DNA of 29,874 nucleotides from a virus: UHGV virus genome UHGV-0109415; one strand, 5' to 3'. Shown piece by piece: positions 25,399 to 29,874 of this stretch (position 1 is its first letter; each line of letters starts with the position of its first letter). The notes under the pieces were generated by a model. It saw only the letters and a program-made list of their open reading frames with translations, ran no database searches and was not told where the DNA came from. The position numbers and the translations under genes were made by a program.

Positions 25399-27838
25399 CA
25401 ATGTAAAATTACAGGTATTGCTCAGGGCTGTTGACCAGGCATCCCGCCCGTTTAAATCCATCCGCACAGCGAGCAAATCGCTGTCGGGGGATATCTGGGA
25501 AACACAAAAATCACTGCGCGAGCTGAACGGTCAGGCATCCCGTATTGAGGGATTCCGCAAGACCAGTGCACAGCTCGCCGTGACTGGTCATGCACTTGAA
25601 AAGGCACGGCAGGAGGCCGAAGCCCTTGCCACACAGTTTAAAAACACCGAACGTCCGACCCGTGCTCAGGCGAAAGTGCTGGAATCCGCAAAGCGTGCGG
25701 CGGAGGACTTACAGGCGAAATATAACCGCCTGACAGATTCCGTTAAACGCCAGCAGCGGGAACTGGCCGCTGTGGGAATTAATACCCGCAATCTTGCACA
25801 TGATGAGCAGGGGCTGAAAAACCGTATCAGTGAAACCACCGCACAGCTTAACCGTCAGCGTGACGCGCTGGCGCGTGTCAGTGCGCAACAGGCAAAACTT
25901 AACGCAGTAAAACAGCGTTATCAGGCAGGCAAGGAACTGGCCGGAAATATGGCCTCGGTGGGCGCTGCCGGTGTGGGGATTGCGGCGGCGGGAACGATGG
26001 CCGGAGTTAAGTTGCTGATGCCCGGTTATGAGTTTGCGCAGAAAAACTCAGAATTGCAGGCTGTGCTGGGAGTGGCAAAAGACTCCGCCGAAATGACCGC
26101 ACTCCGCAAGCAGGCGCGCCAGCTCGGCGACAATACCGCAGCCTCGGCAGATGATGCAGCCGGTGCACAGATTATCATTGCGAAAGCCGGTGGGGATGTT
26201 GATGCCATTCAGGCGGCAACGCCGGTCACGCTGAATATGGCGCTGGCGAACCGCCGCACGATGGAAGAAAACGCCGCCCTGCTGATGGGGATGAAATCCG
26301 CCTTTCAGCTTTCAAACGATAAGGTCGCTCATATCGGGGATGTTCTCTCCATGACGATGAACAAAACCGCCGCCGATTTTGACGGCATGAGCGATGCGCT
26401 GACCTATGCCGCACCTGTGGCAAAAAATGCCGGTGTCAGCATTGAAGAAACCGCCGCAATGGTCGGGGCGCTGCATGATGCAAAAATCACAGGCTCAATG
26501 GCGGGGACGGGAAGCCGTGCCGTGTTAAGCCGCCTGCAGGCACCGACGGGAAAAGCATGGGATGCACTCAAAGAGCTTGGCGTTAAAACCTCAGACAGCA
26601 AGGGAAACACCCGGCCAATATTTACCATTCTGAAAGAAATGCAGGCCAGTTTTGAGAAAAACCGGCTCGGTACTGCCCAGCAGGCTGAATACATGAAAAC
26701 CATTTTCGGGGAGGAGGCCAGCTCAGCCGCTGCTGTGCTGATGACTGCCGCCTCAACCGGAAAGCTGGACAAACTGACCGCTGCGTTTAAAGCCTCAGAC
26801 GGGAAGACCGCAGAGCTGGTAAATATCATGCAGGACAACCTCGGCGGTGACTTTAAGGAGTTTCAGTCCGCTTATGAGGCGGTGGGGACTGACCTGTTTG
26901 ACCAGCAGGAAGGCGCACTGCGTAAGCTCACTCAGACGGCCACAAAGTATGTGTTAAAACTCGACGGCTGGATCCAGAAAAACAAATCACTGGCATCAAC
27001 CATCGGCCTCATTGTCGGTGGCGCGCTGGCGCTTATTGGCATCATCGGTGCAATTGGTCTTGTAGCCTGGCCGGTTATCACCGGCATTAATGCCATCATC
27101 GCGGCAGCAGGCGCAATGGGGGCAATCTTCACGACGGTTGGCAGTGCTGTTATGACGGCCATCGGGGCGATTAGCTGGCCGGTTGTGGCCGTGGTGGCCG
27201 CCATTGTCGCCGGGGCGTTGCTTATCCGTAAATACTGGGAGCCTGTCAGCGCATTCTTTGGCGGTGTGGTGGAAGGGCTGAAAGCGGCATTTGCGCCGGT
27301 GGGGGAACTGTTCACGCCACTTAAACCGGTTTTTGACTGGCTGGGTGAAAAGTTACAGGCCGCGTGGCAGTGGTTTAAAAACCTGATTGCCCCGGTTAAA
27401 GCCACACAGGACACCCTGAACCGTTGCCGTGACACGGGGGTCATGTTCGGGCAGGCACTGGCTGACGCGCTGATGCTGCCGCTTAATGCGTTCAACAAAC
27501 TGCGCAGCGGTATTGACTGGGTACTGGAAAAACTCGGTGTTATCAACAAAGAGTCAGACACACTTGACCAGACCGCCGCCAGAACTCATGCCGCCACGTA
27601 TGGCACCGGTGGTTATATTCCGGCGACCAGCTCTTATGCAGGTTATCAGGCTTATCAGCCGGTTACGGCACCGGCTGGCCGCTCTTATGTGGACCAGAGT
27701 AAAAACGAATATCACATCAGCCTGACGGGTGGTACTGCGCCGGGGACACAGCTTGACCGCCAGTTACAGGATGCGCTCGAAAAATACGAGCGGGATAAAC
27801 GTGCGCGCGCCCGTGCCAGCATGATGCATGACGGTTAA
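25391..27838 (+). CDS. T: Tail tape-measure protein
   Basis: 815-aa ORF, P2 gpT length; coiled-coil N-terminal half, Gly/Ala-rich hydrophobic stretch in the middle. Confidence 0.9.
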   Translation: MSNNVKLQVLLRAVDQASRPFKSIRTASKSLSGDIWETQKSLRELNGQASRIEGFRKTSAQLAVTGHALEKARQEAEALATQFKNTERPTRAQAKVLESAKRAAEDLQAKYNRLTDSVKRQQRELAAVGINTRNLAHDEQGLKNRISETTAQLNRQRDALARVSAQQAKLNAVKQRYQAGKELAGNMASVGAAGVGIAAAGTMAGVKLLMPGYEFAQKNSELQAVLGVAKDSAEMTALRKQARQLGDNTAASADDAAGAQIIIAKAGGDVDAIQAATPVTLNMALANRRTMEENAALLMGMKSAFQLSNDKVAHIGDVLSMTMNKTAADFDGMSDALTYAAPVAKNAGVSIEETAAMVGALHDAKITGSMAGTGSRAVLSRLQAPTGKAWDALKELGVKTSDSKGNTRPIFTILKEMQASFEKNRLGTAQQAEYMKTIFGEEASSAAAVLMTAASTGKLDKLTAAFKASDGKTAELVNIMQDNLGGDFKEFQSAYEAVGTDLFDQQEGALRKLTQTATKYVLKLDGWIQKNKSLASTIGLIVGGALALIGIIGAIGLVAWPVITGINAIIAAAGAMGAIFTTVGSAVMTAIGAISWPVVAVVAAIVAGALLIRKYWEPVSAFFGGVVEGLKAAFAPVGELFTPLKPVFDWLGEKLQAAWQWFKNLIAPVKATQDTLNRCRDTGVMFGQALADALMLPLNAFNKLRSGIDWVLEKLGVINKESDTLDQTAARTHAATYGTGGYIPATSSYAGYQAYQPVTAPAGRSYVDQSKNEYHISLTGGTAPGTQLDRQLQDALEKYERDKRARARASMMHDG

Positions 27839-27852
27839 GGAGGTGACGAAAA

Positions 27853-28332
27853 ATGATGCTCGCGTTAGGTATGTTTGTTTTTATGCGCCAGACGCTGCCA
27901 CACCAGACCATGCAGCGTGAATCAGATTATCGCTGGCCGTCAAATTCCCGTATCGGTAAACGGGACGCTTTTCAGTTTCTCGGTGTGGGTGAGGAAAACA
28001 TCACGCTTGCCGGTGTGCTTTATCCCGAACTGACCGGCGGCAAGCTGACGATGACCACGCTCAGGCTGATGGCAGAGGAGGGGCGGGCGTGGCCGTTGCT
28101 GGATGGCACCGGCATGATTTACGGCATGTATGTCATCAGCAAGGTGAGTGAAACAGGGAGTATTTTCTTTGCAGACGGCACACCCCGGAAAATTGATTTT
28201 ACGCTGTCGCTCACCCGCGTTGATGAATCACTGGCCGCGCTTTATGGCGATATCGGTAAACAGGCGGAATCGCTCATCGGTAAGGCTGGCAGTATGGCGA
28301 CCAGATTCACGGGTATGACGGGGGCGGGATAA
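27853..28332 (+). CDS. U: Tail protein U
   Basis: 159-aa ORF, P2 gpU length. Confidence 0.8.
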   Translation: MMLALGMFVFMRQTLPHQTMQRESDYRWPSNSRIGKRDAFQFLGVGEENITLAGVLYPELTGGKLTMTTLRLMAEEGRAWPLLDGTGMIYGMYVISKVSETGSIFFADGTPRKIDFTLSLTRVDESLAALYGDIGKQAESLIGKAGSMATRFTGMTGAG

Positions 28333-29495
28333 TGCTGGATGCGCTGACATTTGATGCAGGCAGTACGCTGACGCCGGATTACATGCTGATGCTCGACAGC
28401 AGGGATATTACCGGCAATATCAGCGACCGTCTGATGAGCATGACCCTGACGGATAACCGGGGCTTTGAGGCTGACCAGCTTGATATTGAACTGAACGATG
28501 CCGACGGGCAGGTCGGGCTGCCGGTTCGTGGCGCTGTCCTGACGGTGTATATCGGCTGGAAAGGTTTTGCCCTGGTATGCAAAGGGAAATTCACCGTTGA
28601 TGAGGTTGAACACCGGGGCGCGCCGGATGTGGTCACCATCCGGGCCCGGAGTGCAGATTTTCGCGGGACGCTCAATTCCCGCCGTGAAGGCTCCTGGCAT
28701 GACACCACGCTCGGTGCGATTGTTGAGGCGATAGCCTCCCGTAACAGGCTGGAAGCCAGTGTCGCTCCGTCACTGGCCGGAATTAAAATCCCGCACATCG
28801 ACCAGTCGCAGGAGTCCGATGCGAAATTCCTGACCCGTCTTGCTGAACGCAACGGCGGTGAGGTGTCGGTAAAAATGGGAAAACTGCTGTTTCTCAAAGC
28901 GGGGCAGGGGGTGACGGCCAGCGGTAAAAAAATCCCGCAGGTCACCATCACCCGCAGCGACGGCGACCGTCATCATTTTGCGATTGCTGACCGTGGAGCC
29001 TATACCGGCGTAACGGCAAAGTGGTTACACACCAAAGACCCGAAACCACAAAAGCAGAAGGTAAAACTGAAACGCAAAAAGAAAGAAAAACACCTGCGCG
29101 CACTGGAGCACCCGAAAGCAAAACCGGTCACGCAGAAGAAAGCGCCAAAAGTACCGGAAGCGCGCGAAGGTGAATACATGGCCGGTGAGGCTGACAACGT
29201 TTTTGCCCTGACTACGGTATATGCCACGAAAGCGCAGGCCATGCGCGCCGCTCAGGCGAAGTGGGATAAACTGCAACGGGGCGTTGCGGAGTTCTCCATC
29301 AGCCTTGCCACTGGTCGTGCTGATATTTACACGGAAACGCCGGTCAGAGTGTCAGGCTTTAAGCGCGTCATAGACGAGCAGGACTGGACAATCACTAAGG
29401 TGACACATTTTCTGAATAATAGCGGCTTCACGACGTCCTTAGAGCTTGAGGTCAGGCTTTCTGATGTGGAGTACGAAACAGAAGATGATGATTAA
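28332..29495 (+). CDS. D: Tail protein D (late control gene D protein)
   Basis: 387-aa ORF, P2 gpD length, coupled to U. Confidence 0.85.
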   Translation: MLDALTFDAGSTLTPDYMLMLDSRDITGNISDRLMSMTLTDNRGFEADQLDIELNDADGQVGLPVRGAVLTVYIGWKGFALVCKGKFTVDEVEHRGAPDVVTIRARSADFRGTLNSRREGSWHDTTLGAIVEAIASRNRLEASVAPSLAGIKIPHIDQSQESDAKFLTRLAERNGGEVSVKMGKLLFLKAGQGVTASGKKIPQVTITRSDGDRHHFAIADRGAYTGVTAKWLHTKDPKPQKQKVKLKRKKKEKHLRALEHPKAKPVTQKKAPKVPEAREGEYMAGEADNVFALTTVYATKAQAMRAAQAKWDKLQRGVAEFSISLATGRADIYTETPVRVSGFKRVIDEQDWTITKVTHFLNNSGFTTSLELEVRLSDVEYETEDDD

Positions 29496-29575
29496 TGTTT
29501 TGTTTTATCTGTTTGTTTTATAAGGATAAATTAAATAAAATGGCACCATTAACAAAACCGGAAGAGGTGCTCGCG

Positions 29576-29794
29576 ATGTTTCATTGTCCTTTATGCCAGC
29601 ATGCCGCACATGCGCGTACAAGTCGCTATATCACTGATACGACAAAAGAGCGTTATCACCAGTGCCAGAACGTGAATTGCAGCGCCACGTTCATCACTTA
29701 TGAGTCGGTACAGCGATACATCGTGAAGCCGGGAGAAGTCCACGCCGTGAGGCCGCACCCGTTGCCGTCAGGGCAGCAAATTATGTGGATGTAA
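29576..29794 (+). CDS. ogr: Late-gene transcriptional activator Ogr (zinc finger)
   Basis: 72 aa from MFHCPLCQHAAHARTSRYITDTTKERYHQCQNVNCSATF... (CxxC-N22-CxxxxC), matching P2 Ogr as I remember it; GAAGAGGTG ribosome-binding site; last gene before the right end. Confidence 0.9.
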   Translation: MFHCPLCQHAAHARTSRYITDTTKERYHQCQNVNCSATFITYESVQRYIVKPGEVHAVRPHPLPSGQQIMWM

Positions 29795-29874
29795 TTACAA
29801 ACAGAAAGCCCCTCAGTCGTGTACTGCACCCATTTTGTTGGACGATGAAATGGAATAGCCCCTAATATGTCAAA

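Larger units (their letters stand above)
171..29794. mobile_element. P2-like (Peduovirus-type) prophage, apparently complete from int to ogr; att cores not confidently identified within the window
   Basis: Full P2 gene order seen: int-C-cox-early genes-A-cargo-cos-Q-P/O-N-M-L-X-Y-K-lysABC-R-S-V-W-J-I-H-G-FI-FII-E-T-U-D-ogr. Many product lengths equal the P2 lengths as I remember them (Q 344, P 590, O 284, N 357, M 247, T 815, D 387, ogr 72). Confidence 0.9.

Noticed and set aside
26932-27561. 209-aa minus-strand ORF inside the tape-measure gene
   Set aside because: Antisense to the Gly/Ala-rich region of T, which creates long open frames on the opposite strand; no support as a gene.

Overview
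This window is almost entirely a near-complete P2-like (Peduovirus-type) temperate prophage of an enterobacterial host, read from the integrase end (attL side) to ogr (attR side). The order is: int, C repressor and cox around a face-to-face switch region; early genes (B-like, small ORFs, a TraR/DksA-type zinc finger); replication gene A; a low-GC cargo island; the cos site; then the late genes Q-P / O-N-M-L-X-Y-K-lysA-lysB-lysC-R-S-V-W-J-I-H-G, an invertible tail-fibre segment with its invertase, FI-FII-E(E')-T-U-D and ogr. Product lengths of most late genes match the P2 lengths I remember, which is the main basis for the gene symbols; no similarity search was run. The candidate for a new system is the AT-rich island between A and cos, the position of the P2 tin/old anti-phage hotspot, which carries a 368-aa protein with a canonical Fic motif (HPFQDGNGRSIR) and an unrecognised N-terminal domain. 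Other points worth a second look are an in-frame TGA that splits A into two ORFs, and a Hin/Gin-type invertible tail-fibre cassette with identifiable 26-bp crossover sites. No rRNA, tRNA or CRISPR array was seen, and the att core could not be located with confidence.
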